NCBI GenBank assembly: GCA_963820145.1
Contig: CAWFZD010000024.1
Span: 36,216 to 100,215 of the forward strand
Source: an uncultured Alphaproteobacteria bacterium
GTDB lineage: Bacteria > Pseudomonadota > Alphaproteobacteria > Rhizobiales > Beijerinckiaceae
Direction of reading: 5' to 3'
Length of the DNA stretch: 64,000 nucleotides
Part shown: positions 51,032 to 62,591 of the stretch, one piece after another
Numbering within the stretch: the stretch's first letter is position 1
Layout of the letters: each line of letters opens with the position of its first letter
Notes under the pieces: model-generated
What the model saw: only the letters and a program-made list of their open reading frames with translations
Told to the model about the DNA's origin: nothing
Databases searched by the model: none
Position numbers and translations under genes: made by a program

Positions 51032-52327
51032 TTACAAATATGGCGCAAGCGCCGCCGGCTTCGGTCCGCCGCTCGCCCAATCCAAAAGCTCGACGAGATG
51101 CACGACGGGAATGCCGCTGCCGCTGGCGATCTGCGTCATGCAGCCGAGATTGCTCGCCGCGATCACATCGGGGTTCACGCTCTCAATATTCTCGACCTTA
51201 CGACGCAAAAGCGCGCCCGCCATCTGCGGCTGCAGCAGATTGTAGGTTCCCGCCGAGCCGCAGCAGATATGGCCTTCCGGCACGGCGAGGGGCGCAAAAC
51301 CGGCCTCGCGCAGCAGGTTCATCGGCTCCTGCGTGATCTTCTGTCCGTGTTGCAGCGAACAGGCCGAGTGATAGGCGACGCGCAGCGCCGGCGTTCCCCC
51401 TGTCGGCGCATAGTCCAGCATGGCGACGATCTCGCTGACGTCGCGCGCGATCGAGGCGATATGCGCGGCCTGCAGCGCGAGCGCCCGATCGTCTTGAAAC
51501 AGGAAGCCGTAATCGCGCACATGGACGCCGCAGCCCGACGTATTGATCACGATGTGATCGATGCCGCCGTCTTCGATCTCGCGCGTCCAGGCCGGAATAT
51601 TGCGCGTGGCGAATGCGCGCGCTTCGTCGCTCTTGCCGAGATGCTGCGCCAGCGCGCCGCAACAGCCGGCGCCTTCGGCGACGACGACCTCGACGCCGAG
51701 CCGCGTCAAAAGCCGCACCGTGGCCTCATTGATGCTGGGGTCCAGCGCCTGCTGGGCGCAGCCGTTCAGCAAAGCGACGCGCATCTTGCGCTCAGCCGCC
51801 GCCGCAAAGACCTGCGGCCGGTCGACGTTCGAGGGCGGCGGCGCGCGCCTCGGCGCAAGCTCGAGCAGCGGGCGCAGCCGCTCCGGCGCGAAGGCCGCGA
51901 AAGGCTTGACGAGCGCGCCGGCGCGCAGCCCCAGGCGAAAGATCGTCGGCCGCGCCAGAATGAAGCCGAGGGCGCCGCGCAGCAGCCGCTCGAACGCAGG
52001 GCGCGCATAGCTCTGCTCGATATGCGCGCGGGCGTGGTCGACGAGATGCTGATAGTTCACGCCCGAGGGGCAGGTCGTCATGCAGGAGAGGCAGGACAGG
52101 CATCGGTCGATGTGACGAACCGTACGGGCGTCCGCTGGGCGCTCGTTCTCCAGCATTTCCTTGATGAGGTAGATGCGCCCGCGCGGGCTGTCGAGTTCGT
52201 CGCCGGTGACGAGATAGGTGGGACAGGTCGCGCAGCAAAAACCGCAATGGACGCAGGCGCGAAGGATTTTTTCGGCGCGTGCGCAGTCGGGATCGGCGAG
52301 GGCGGCGAGGGAGAAATTGGTTTGCAT
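51032..52327 (-). CDS. glcF: Glycolate oxidase iron-sulfur subunit
   Basis: MQTNFS...CVHCGFCCATCPTY...ELDSPRGRIYL, CLSCLSCMTTCPSGV, CCG domains, CCGSAGTYN. Confidence 0.93.
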   Translation of the reverse strand: MQTNFSLAALADPDCARAEKILRACVHCGFCCATCPTYLVTGDELDSPRGRIYLIKEMLENERPADARTVRHIDRCLSCLSCMTTCPSGVNYQHLVDHARAHIEQSYARPAFERLLRGALGFILARPTIFRLGLRAGALVKPFAAFAPERLRPLLELAPRRAPPPSNVDRPQVFAAAAERKMRVALLNGCAQQALDPSINEATVRLLTRLGVEVVVAEGAGCCGALAQHLGKSDEARAFATRNIPAWTREIEDGGIDHIVINTSGCGVHVRDYGFLFQDDRALALQAAHIASIARDVSEIVAMLDYAPTGGTPALRVAYHSACSLQHGQKITQEPMNLLREAGFAPLAVPEGHICCGSAGTYNLLQPQMAGALLRRKVENIESVNPDVIAASNLGCMTQIASGSGIPVVHLVELLDWASGGPKPAALAPYL

Positions 52328-52345
52328 CGGCGAGCGCGCGCGCCT

Positions 52346-53347
52346 TCACATTTTGAAGTCCTCGCCAAGATAGATGCGGCGCACGTCGGGGTTGGCGACG
52401 ATCTCTTCCGGCGGCCCTTCGGTCAGCACATGGCCATTGTAGATAATATAGGCGCGATCGGTGAGGCCGAGCGTTTCGCGCACGCTGTGATCGGTGATGA
52501 GCACCCCGATGCCGCGCGACTTGAGGTGGCGGACGAGGTCCTGGATGCCGCCGATCGCGATCGGATCGATGCCGGCGAAGGGCTCGTCGAGCAGCATGAA
52601 GGAGGGATGACCCGCGAGCGCGCGCGCGATCTCGCAGCGCCGCCGTTCGCCGCCGGAAAGCGCGATGGCCGGCGTCTTGCGCAGCTTGGTGAGGCGAAAC
52701 TCGTCGAGCAGCCCTTCCAGCTCCTCGGAACGCAGATGCTTGTCGGGCTGGGTGATCTCCAGCACCGCGCGAATGTTGTCCTCCACCGAAAGCCCTCGAA
52801 ACACCGAGGTTTCCTGTGGCAAATAGCCGATGCCGAGCCGCGCGCGGCGATACATCGGCAGCGGCGTCACGTCATAGCCGTCGAGCGAAACCGCGCCGCG
52901 GTCGGGTTTGACGAGACCGGTGATCATATAGAACACGGTCGTCTTGCCGGCGCCGTTCGGGCCGAGCAGGCCGACCGCCTCGCCGCGCCGCACATAAAGG
53001 CTCACGTCTTCGACGACGCGGCGCGTCTTGTAGGATTTGGCGACGTTGTGGATCGCCAGCACGCCTAACGATTCATTGTATGGTTCGGCGGCGACTTCGC
53101 CTTGCGCCCAGAAGGCCGCGTCGTCGGCCGCTTCGGCGTCGGGATAAGACCCTTCCTCGCGGCCCCACTCGTCCGCAATCTCGCCCGCCTTGGGCGCGGC
53201 TTCGCGGCGGCGCGGACCCAGCGCGCGAAAGACCTCGAACGGCGCGCGGAGCAGCGACGCAGCTCGCCCGTTCATCGGCCGTCGATCTTCATTCGCCGCC
53301 ATCCCCTCCTCAAGCGCCTGACTGGAAGGCGCGCTTTGCGAAGGCAC
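52346..53347 (-). CDS. lptB: LPS export ABC transporter ATP-binding protein with N-terminal extension (start uncertain)
   Basis: GPNGAGKTTVFYMITGL, GIGYLPQETSVFR, LSGGERRRCEIARAL, DEPFAGIDPIA, LITDH.VRETL, YLGEDF. Confidence 0.92.
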   Translation of the reverse strand: MPSQSAPSSQALEEGMAANEDRRPMNGRAASLLRAPFEVFRALGPRRREAAPKAGEIADEWGREEGSYPDAEAADDAAFWAQGEVAAEPYNESLGVLAIHNVAKSYKTRRVVEDVSLYVRRGEAVGLLGPNGAGKTTVFYMITGLVKPDRGAVSLDGYDVTPLPMYRRARLGIGYLPQETSVFRGLSVEDNIRAVLEITQPDKHLRSEELEGLLDEFRLTKLRKTPAIALSGGERRRCEIARALAGHPSFMLLDEPFAGIDPIAIGGIQDLVRHLKSRGIGVLITDHSVRETLGLTDRAYIIYNGHVLTEGPPEEIVANPDVRRIYLGEDFKM

Positions 53348-53348
53348 T

Positions 53349-53954
53349 TTAAGCCCAAGGCCGCGAACTCGCCATCTCCTGTTCGAAAGCCGTGATTTTT
53401 TCGGCCTTCTGCAAGGTGAGACCGATGTCGTCGAGGCCGTTGAGCAGGCAATGTTTGCGGAACGGGTCGATCTCGAAACGAACGACCCCGCCGTCGGGGC
53501 CGCGGATTTCCTGCGCCTCGAGGTCGATCGTCATCGTGGCGTTGGCGCCGCGCCTGGCGTCGTCCATGAGTTTGTCGAGGTCGGCCTGCGCAACCTTGAT
53601 CGGCAGAATGCCGTTCTTGAAGCAGTTGTTAAAGAAAATATCCGCGAAACTCGTCGAAATTACGCATCTGACGCCAAAATCCAGCAACGCCCAGGGCGCG
53701 TGTTCGCGCGACGAGCCGCAGCCGAAATTGTCCCCGGCCACCAGGATTTGCGCCTGCCGATAGGCCGGCTTGTTCAACACGAAGTCGGGATTTTCCGAAC
53801 CGTCCTCGAAGTAGCGCATCTCGGCGAACAGTCCCTTGCCGAGCCCCGTCCGCGCGATGGTCTTAAGATATTGCTTGGGGATGATCATGTCGGTGTCGAC
53901 ATTCATGATCTCCAAGGGCGCGGCGACTCCGGTCAGGGTGGTGAATTTATGCAT
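53349..53954 (-). CDS. leuD: 3-isopropylmalate dehydratase small subunit
   Basis: [42 protein letters not shown]. Confidence 0.96.
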   Translation of the reverse strand: MHKFTTLTGVAAPLEIMNVDTDMIIPKQYLKTIARTGLGKGLFAEMRYFEDGSENPDFVLNKPAYRQAQILVAGDNFGCGSSREHAPWALLDFGVRCVISTSFADIFFNNCFKNGILPIKVAQADLDKLMDDARRGANATMTIDLEAQEIRGPDGGVVRFEIDPFRKHCLLNGLDDIGLTLQKAEKITAFEQEMASSRPWA

Positions 53955-54063
53955 TGATTTAAGCTCTGCTGTCTTGGGCCGCCCCTCGGGGCCGATCGGA
54001 CCCCGGCTTTCTCGCCCTGTAGCAAATCCGCCCGCGCGGCGCAAAGCGGCCACGCTGATACTT

Positions 54064-54094
54064 TAGAACGCTTTCCGCTCGAAAGCATGTTCCA
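54064..54094. repeat. Internally deleted copy of the dispersed element
   Basis: tagaacgctttccgctcgaa (left end) joined directly to agcatgttcca (right-end-like). Confidence 0.4.
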
Positions 54095-54158
54095 GGAACT
54101 TGACATCCGCTCTCCCCTTGAGCCACTCGCATGCATGATTAGCGCGCAAGGGGAAGCA

Positions 54159-55109
54159 ATGGCGACGGCGTTCATTTTTCCGGGACAGGGTTCGCAGGCG
54201 GTCGGGATGGGCAAGGCGCTCGCCGAAAGCTTCCCCGCATCGAGGGCGGTTTTCGATGCGGTCGACGAGGCGCTCGGGGACTCCCTGAGCCGGGTCATTT
54301 TCGAGGGTCCGGAAAACGAGCTGACGCTCACCGCCAATGCGCAGCCGGCGCTGATGGCGGTCTCGCTCGCGACAATAGCCGCGCTAAAGAGCGAGACCGG
54401 CCTTGATTTGCGGCGCGACGCCAAATTCGTCGGCGGACATTCGCTCGGCGAATATTCCGCGCTTTGCGCCGCGGGCGCGCTTTCGCTCAAAGATGCGGCG
54501 CGCCTGCTGCGGCTGCGCGGCGCCGCGATGCAGGCCGCGGTTCCGGTCGGCGAAGGCGCGATGGCGGCCTTGCTCGGCGTCGAACTCGAGCTCGCGCGCG
54601 AGATCGCGGCGGCCGCGGCTGCGGAAAGCGGCGGCGTCTGTCAGGTCGCCAACGACAATGGCGGCGGCCAGATCGTGATCTCCGGCGCCAAGGCGGCGGT
54701 CGACAAGGCGATGGATATCGCCAAGGCGCACGGCGTCAAGCGCGCAGTGCCGCTTCCGGTTTCGGCGCCCTTCCATTGCACGCTGATGCAAGGCGCCGCG
54801 GAAGCGATGCGCGCCGCGCTGCAAGAGGCGAAGATCGCAGCGCCTTGCGTTCCGCTCATCGCCAATGTCACCGCCGGGCCGGTCGACGATCCCGAACGGA
54901 TCCGCGCGCTTTTGGTCGAGCAGGTGACGGGCGCCGTGCGCTGGCGCGAGAGCGTCGTCTACATGGCGCAGCACGGCGTGACCAAATTCGTCGAGTGCGG
55001 CGCGGGCAAGGTGCTGGCTGGGCTGCTGAAGCGGATCGCCCCCGGCGTCGCGGGCGTAAGCGTCGGCCAACCGCAGGATTTCGACGCCTATCGCGTCTTT
55101 CTCGCATGA
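54159..55109 (+). CDS. fabD: Malonyl-CoA:ACP transacylase
   Basis: FPGQGSQ, AQPAL, GHSLGEY, VSAPFH. Confidence 0.96.
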   Translation: MATAFIFPGQGSQAVGMGKALAESFPASRAVFDAVDEALGDSLSRVIFEGPENELTLTANAQPALMAVSLATIAALKSETGLDLRRDAKFVGGHSLGEYSALCAAGALSLKDAARLLRLRGAAMQAAVPVGEGAMAALLGVELELAREIAAAAAAESGGVCQVANDNGGGQIVISGAKAAVDKAMDIAKAHGVKRAVPLPVSAPFHCTLMQGAAEAMRAALQEAKIAAPCVPLIANVTAGPVDDPERIRALLVEQVTGAVRWRESVVYMAQHGVTKFVECGAGKVLAGLLKRIAPGVAGVSVGQPQDFDAYRVFLA

Positions 55110-55110
55110 A

Positions 55111-55142
55111 AAAGGCTCCGACGCGGGAGCGCCGGAGCCTTT
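55111..55142. terminator. Hairpin terminator between convergent fabD and porin genes
   Basis: aaaggctccg...cggagccttt. Confidence 0.75.
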
Positions 55143-55162
55143 GACGGAGCCTAATACTTGGA

Positions 55163-56008
55163 TCAATATTTGGCGTAGGCCGGAGCGGGCGAGCCCCAGT
55201 TGAAGTGGTAGTTCACGCCGGCGCGCACGACGTTGAGCTGCGGATGACGATTGTTTCCGAAGTTCCAGCCGTAGGTTCCCGTCTGGCCGCCGGAGGAAAG
55301 GTCCGTATAGAGATATTCGGCCTTGGCCGACCAGTTCGGCATGAACATCCACTCCACGCCGCCGCCCGCGGTCCAGCCGGTGCGGGTGTTGTTCTGGTTG
55401 AAGACCTGCACGTCGCCATAGGCGAAGCCGCCGGTGCCGTAGATCAGCAGGGTGGGCGTCACGAGCCAGCCCGCGCGGCCGCGCACGGTGCCGAACCACG
55501 GCAGGCCGATATTGCCGCCGTTGCCGGTCGCCAAAGGCGTGACGATGCCGGTCGGGGAGAGCGCGCCGTAGGGGCTCGGATAAGCGCCGGCGTAGTTGCC
55601 CTGGTTGCCGCCGGTGATGCTGGAGCCCTGGAAGTCGGTTTCGACGCCGGCCAGGAAGGACTGGCCGAACTGGAAATTATAGCCCGCCTGGCCGCCGCCG
55701 ACGACGCCGCCGGTGTTGGAGTTCGTCTGGCCGCCGCCCGGGAAGAAGAAGAGGTTGGGCGTGCCGGCGACCACGGCTCCGACGCCGAAGCCCGGATCGG
55801 AATACGGCAGGTAGCTGTTGTTTTGGCTGTTCGCCGACCAGCCGCCGCCAAGGTTGAGGCCGCCGTAGAAACCGGTCCAAACCATGACCGGCGGCGGCGG
55901 CACGTAAACCGGCGGCGGAGGAGCCTTGCGCGACGGCAGGTCGGCCGCCTGCGCCGCGCCGCTCAGAAGCGCTGCGCCAAGCGCAAGAGCAGAGATCGTC
56001 TGTTTCAT
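55163..56008 (-). CDS. Outer-membrane beta-barrel protein, Omp25/RopB-like
   Basis: MKQTISALALGAALLSGAAQA-ADLPSRKAP...WTGFYGGLN...GTVRGRAG...VRAGVNYHF. Confidence 0.92.
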   Translation of the reverse strand: MKQTISALALGAALLSGAAQAADLPSRKAPPPPVYVPPPPVMVWTGFYGGLNLGGGWSANSQNNSYLPYSDPGFGVGAVVAGTPNLFFFPGGGQTNSNTGGVVGGGQAGYNFQFGQSFLAGVETDFQGSSITGGNQGNYAGAYPSPYGALSPTGIVTPLATGNGGNIGLPWFGTVRGRAGWLVTPTLLIYGTGGFAYGDVQVFNQNNTRTGWTAGGGVEWMFMPNWSAKAEYLYTDLSSGGQTGTYGWNFGNNRHPQLNVVRAGVNYHFNWGSPAPAYAKY

Positions 56009-56233
56009 ATCCGTCGTCCTTTTGCAGCTGTCGCGCAACCGACGAAAGGCTTGGCCTCTCTCTTCGCGCACGTCTATCTAGTTCGAATCGATTATTACCG
56101 CTGCTTAATTTAAAATTATACTAACATTCGGAGCGCCACTTAAAGCCTATTGCAGTCAAATCCATGATTTGCGAACAAAGCACGACGAGCTTATGTTTAT
56201 GGTTACTATAAAATTAATAGTACGTTGCTATGG

Positions 56234-56476
56234 TTAGCAGAAAGCTAAGTTTTGCGCTTGATTGTATCTGGCGGCGGCGAGGACGGCGTTGGCGGCGTCG
56301 CCTTGCGTATGGGCGAGGAAGTTGCGGCCCATGCGATGCTCGGCCTTAAGATGGCCGATGACCGGTTCGACGGCGGGGCGGCGGCGCAGTTCGCGTTTGA
56401 TCTGCTCGGTGACGCGCCGTCTCTGGCCCGAGATGAACACCCTGAACTTATGACAGTTGTCGCGGTCGCATCTCAA
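56234..56476 (-). mobile_element. IS5-family transposase C-terminal remnant
   Basis: RVFISGQRRRVTEQIKRELRRRPAVEPVIGHLKAEHRMGRNFL...GDAANAVLAAA; N-terminal part absent. Confidence 0.8.
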
Positions 56477-56599
56477 CGGATTCGAGCGACCACCTCGTGC
56501 TCAGCTTTCCGCGAAGGTCATTATCATGAGTGAGTTCGCGAGACGCTCCAGTTTTCGGATCGCGTCCCTTTTCGTCAATGATTTCGGAGCGAAGGCGCT

Positions 56600-57659
56600 T
56601 TAGTAGACCTCGACTGCGTCGAGATGAAGATAATTGCGTTCGTTCAACTGCAACCGAACGTATCTCGCCTTTTCGTTATTCAGCATTGCCCGTAGAGGAA
56701 AGCCATCGACGCCGCCGAAGGGGCGACCAGCTTGATCATGAACCAATTTCCATGTGGCGCCGTTGGTGGACAACAATATTTGCAGCGTGCGGGAGCGCTG
56801 ACGCGAGCCGTAAATCCGGTTATAGACGCGGACCTCGTGCAAAGTCTCGCTGCGGCCCAGGTCCACTTGCCACCACGGCTTGTCTTCTTCATTGGTGTGG
56901 AAGCCGAAGCGTCCGTCCTTCTTTCCACTGAGGGCGCCCTGCGCGTCATCCGCTTTGGACCACGTCGACAGGCTGCTTTGCATGGCTTTTTTTCCGAGCG
57001 CGAGATTTTTGCGCTCCGTCGGAATTTCCGCCGTCACGCGCGCCCGGCAGTAGAATGCGTCGCCATGGCCGTTGCTATTAAGCTGCATCCATCTCATTCT
57101 AAGTCCAAATTGCCTGAGAAACTCAGTTATTTCTTCATGCACGCATCCGCCTTTGTATAGGGGTTCCTCACTAATTTCGACAAAAACGCCGTCGATGAAG
57201 GAAAGGATTTTCCGGGCGCCCTTCAGGACCTTGAGATCCGCACCCTGCGTGTCGATGACGAGAAGATTGGGGAATTGCTTGAGCTTGAGTTTGTCGACTA
57301 GGCTATCGACTGTCGTTGTCACCATTCGCTGGGAAGCCGCGTAGCGAACCGTGGGATAGAATTCCGCATGGGCTCCTAGGTCGAGCATGCTGGAGGAAAG
57401 ACCGTCGTTGCTCGAGATATTGAATTCGATCTTCTCGCCTTCGACATGCCGAACAGACCGCTTGGACGGCGATATGTCCAGGGAATTCCGCAATTTGCTT
57501 CTTCAGCAATGCGAAGACCTTGTCGATCGGTTCGACATAAATGCAAGGGTTGGCGCCGCTTTCCGCATAAGCGAAACGTTCCTGCCCCTCATTGGCGCCA
57601 ATGTGCAGAACGCCCTCGACAGGAAATCCGGCGGACCTCATCAATTCCAAAGCGTACAT
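56600..57659 (-). CDS. FkbM-family methyltransferase fused to an F5/8 type C (discoidin/fucolectin-like) domain; frameshift ~57450
   Basis: VLHIGANEGQE, VEPI, LVIDTQGADLKVLKG; then NLALGKKAMQSS, FHT, PWWQVDLG, VRVYNR, ARYVRLQL, LHLDAVEVY. Confidence 0.82.
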
Positions 57660-57856
57660 TTCTCACCCTCAACTGTGCAAAAGCTGTTTCCCGATCGACA
57701 CGCTTGGCGTAATCGCCTGGGTGCAGCCGGAAAGAGGCTAAAATGCGACATTCGAAAGCGCCTCGTTTCGGGGACGCGCTTTGCGCTCGAATGGATTGGC
57801 CTTTTTGCGAGCGCCTGTTGTCAGGTTCTCTGTTAATAGCGCCAAGTTCGCGGCGG

Positions 57857-59305
57857 CTATTTGCCGTCGGCGAGTTCGGACAATTTCGCCTTGAGTTCCG
57901 CGATCTCGCTCTCCGCCCGCACCTGCACGGTGGCGTCATACTGAATGCCGAGCAGATACAGAAGCCTGCCGCCCATGTCGTAGAGCGGCGAAATGGACAG
58001 CCGATTATGGAAAAGCGCGCCATCCTTGCGATAGTTGCGCAGCGTGACTTCGATCGGCGCGCGCTTCTCGATCGCCGCGCGCAATTGCGCCCGGGCCTCC
58101 TGGTTGCGGTCGTCCGCCTGCAGAAATCTGCAGTTCTGTCCCAGAATGTCGTCGATCGCATAGCCGGTGATGCGCTGAAACTCCTTGTTGGCGTAGACGA
58201 TCGGCGCGTCTTCCTGATCCGGGTCGGCGAGCGTGACGCCATTGACGCAGGAGTCGAGAATCCGGGTAAGCATTTCAGGGATCAGCTCGGTGCGCTTTTG
58301 CACGGCGAAGACGTGGCCCTTGGCCTGGTTGCGCGCGCGGGCGAGCGCCCGATAGGCGCCCGGCGCGACGCCTTTGAAGCGGCGGAAGGCGCGACGAAAA
58401 CTGGCCTCGTCCACGAAGCCGGCGGAAGCCGCGGTCTCCTTGACCGATTTGCTGCTCGTCTCGAGCAGCGTCTGCGCGGTCTCGACGCGCACGCGGTCTA
58501 TGAAGGTCTTCGGCGATTCGCCGCTCGCCTGTTTCAAGCGGCGGTGCAGCGTGCGCTCCGAGGTCGATAGCGCCCTGGCGAGATCGAGGGTCGAGAGCGG
58601 CGCGTCCGCCGCCAGCCGCACCGCGCGTTCAGCCTCGACGAGGAACGGATCGAGCCCGGAGAGGTAGCCGCTCGCCTGATAGGCGCCGTGATCGCGGGAA
58701 GCGCCGTCCAGCGCCGTCAGTTCGGCGGCGATGCGCGCCGCGGCGTCGCCGCAGAGCGTGCGGACGCAATGCAGCGCGAGATCCATCCAGGCGAGCGGCG
58801 CGCCGGCCGTGACGACCCTGCGGTCGTCGATCAGAACGGCGCCCCGCGCTGCGTCGGCGCGCGGATAGCGGCGCTTCAGCTCGTCGAGGTTGCGCCAGCT
58901 CGTCGTGCATCTGCGCCCGTCAAGCAATCCCGCTTCGCCGAGCAGGAACGCGCCGGTCCCCGCCCCGCAGACCATCGCCCCGCGCGCGTGCTGGCGCCGC
59001 ATCCAGGCCGCGACCCCGGCAAGATGGTCGAGCAGCGGCGGTTGGCCGGCTTCATCAGGTTGAAAGCCGGGCGTCAGGATCGCGTCACATGACGTTATTT
59101 CTTCGAACGACGTCTCAACCGAGAAACTGCGCCCGAAGCCGTCGACGATTCCGGATCCGCTCGCGCTCGCGGTGATCATCGAGAAGGGCGGCTCCTCCCC
59201 GGTGGCGCGGGCGATCGCCTCGCGCGCAAGGGATAGCGCGTCAACGACGCCAATGAAGGCGGAGCCCAAGCAACCGCTGACGCCGGCGACGACGATTTTG
59301 ATCAT
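57857..59305 (-). CDS. GlxA-type regulator (DJ-1/PfpI + AraC HTH) with C-terminal LOV domain
   Basis: GAFLLGEAGLLDGRRCTTSW; STSERTLHRR...AGFVDEASFRRAFRR..GVAPGAYR; PIVYANKEF..ITGY...GQNCRFLQ...NYRKDG..F.N...GIQYDAT. Confidence 0.92.
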   Translation of the reverse strand: MIKIVVAGVSGCLGSAFIGVVDALSLAREAIARATGEEPPFSMITASASGSGIVDGFGRSFSVETSFEEITSCDAILTPGFQPDEAGQPPLLDHLAGVAAWMRRQHARGAMVCGAGTGAFLLGEAGLLDGRRCTTSWRNLDELKRRYPRADAARGAVLIDDRRVVTAGAPLAWMDLALHCVRTLCGDAAARIAAELTALDGASRDHGAYQASGYLSGLDPFLVEAERAVRLAADAPLSTLDLARALSTSERTLHRRLKQASGESPKTFIDRVRVETAQTLLETSSKSVKETAASAGFVDEASFRRAFRRFKGVAPGAYRALARARNQAKGHVFAVQKRTELIPEMLTRILDSCVNGVTLADPDQEDAPIVYANKEFQRITGYAIDDILGQNCRFLQADDRNQEARAQLRAAIEKRAPIEVTLRNYRKDGALFHNRLSISPLYDMGGRLLYLLGIQYDATVQVRAESEIAELKAKLSELADGK

Positions 59306-59486
59306 GACGAGCCCAGTTTGGCGAGTTATGCACTTATTATGGCGGCTAGGCGGTCCTAACCTTTTTCATAAGTGCGACATACTGGCGCAAACGGCGCGCA
59401 AAGCCCATTATAAAAAGATGGTCGGCTGAGGCCTAGCGCGGCTAGGCCGCGAGGTTGCTTTCGAGAGCGCGCCGGGGAGAGGAAAC

Positions 59487-61412
<1,926 letters not shown>

Positions 61413-61438
61413 CGCATAGCCTATTGATCACTCTGGAT

Positions 61439-61468
61439 AAGCCCGGCCAGAAGCCGGGCTTGTTTTTT
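61439..61468 (+). terminator. Rho-independent terminator after ftsH
   Basis: aagcccggc-cagaa-gccgggctt then gtttttt. Confidence 0.85.
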
Positions 61469-61686
61469 GCTCTTCGCGTCGTCGGCTGCGGCCTCCCGCT
61501 TCGGCGTCGACTGTCGTCAAGCCGTTTGTCTTGCAAAGCTTTGCGATTCATCCGCTTGACGCCGCCGGGGATTTGGCCGAAACTGCGCTTAATTTGGCGA
61601 CTATGTCACGTGTGTTTGACGTCGCAAAAGAGCATGGTCAAGCAACCCTGAGAATTAAATCTCAGGTCAATAACGGAGGATATAAC

Positions 61687-62454
61687 ATGAGCTCCACCAC
61701 CGACACGGCTGCCGGCGCAGCCGCTGGCGCTGATACAGTCGTCGATCTGAAGGGCATGTGGATCGGCCTCGCCGCTCTCAACACCTTCTATCTCATCGTC
61801 CGCATTTACGAGCAGGTCTTCGGCTGGCGCGCCGGTCTCGACTCCTTCGCGCCGGAGTTCCAGACCTACTGGCTGTCGATTCTGTGGACGGAAATCCCGC
61901 TTGAGCTGGTCGCCGGTCTCGGCCTCGCCGGCTATCTGTGGAAGACCCGCGACCGCAACGTCGACGCCGTGGCGCCGCGCGAAGAGATGCGCCGCCTCGT
62001 CGTTCTCGTGCAATGGCTGACGGTTTACGGCATCGCCATCTACTGGGGCGCCTCGTTCTTCACCGAGCAGGACGGCACCTGGCACATGACGGTGATCCGC
62101 GACACCGACTTCACGCCGTCGCACATCATCGAGTTCTACATGAGCTACCCGATCTATTCGATCATCGCGGTGGGCGCGTTCTTCTATGCGAAGACCCGCA
62201 TCCCGTATTTCGCTCATGGCTACTCGCTGGCGTTCCTCATCGTCGCCATCGGCCCGTTCATGATCATCCCCAACGTGGGTCTCAACGAATGGGGCCACAC
62301 CTTCTGGTTCATGGAAGAACTCTTCGTCGCGCCGCTGCACTGGGGCTTCGTGTTCTTCGGCTGGATGGCGCTCGGCGTGTTCGGCGTCGTGCTGCAGATC
62401 CTCGCCCGCATCCATGCCCTGATCGGCAAGGAAGGCGTCGAGCTTCTGGCGTAA
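61687..62454 (+). CDS. pmoC: Particulate methane monooxygenase subunit C, stand-alone copy
   Basis: GGAGG RBS; GLDSFAPEFQTYW, YWGASFFTEQDGTWHMTVIRDTDFTPSHIIEFY, PNVGLNEWGHTFWFMEELFVAPLHWGFV; no pmoA/pmoB follows. Confidence 0.97.
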   Translation: MSSTTDTAAGAAAGADTVVDLKGMWIGLAALNTFYLIVRIYEQVFGWRAGLDSFAPEFQTYWLSILWTEIPLELVAGLGLAGYLWKTRDRNVDAVAPREEMRRLVVLVQWLTVYGIAIYWGASFFTEQDGTWHMTVIRDTDFTPSHIIEFYMSYPIYSIIAVGAFFYAKTRIPYFAHGYSLAFLIVAIGPFMIIPNVGLNEWGHTFWFMEELFVAPLHWGFVFFGWMALGVFGVVLQILARIHALIGKEGVELLA

Positions 62455-62484
62455 TCGACACATCTCGCTTCCGAGCGATTTGGG

Positions 62485-62516
62485 CCTCTCCCCGACATTC
62501 GGGGAGAGGTTTTTTT
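62485..62516 (+). terminator. Rho-independent terminator after pmoC
   Basis: cctctccccg-acatt-cggggagagg then T7. Confidence 0.9.
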
Positions 62517-62591
62517 ATGGGCGCAACTCGATATGACGAAGCTGCGTTTAGCAATATTCGAGAATTTCGCGGAATTGTGTATGTGACGCGC

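Noticed and set aside
51026-53068. 680-aa plus-strand ORF, and similar long ORFs at 5804-7279, 15448-16800, 40761-42875 and 59442-60989
   Set aside because: Antisense shadows of well-supported genes, expected from high-GC codon bias; no recognisable motifs
61687-62454. Start of a pmoCAB or pxm operon
   Set aside because: A strong terminator and an amidase gene follow; no pmoA or pmoB
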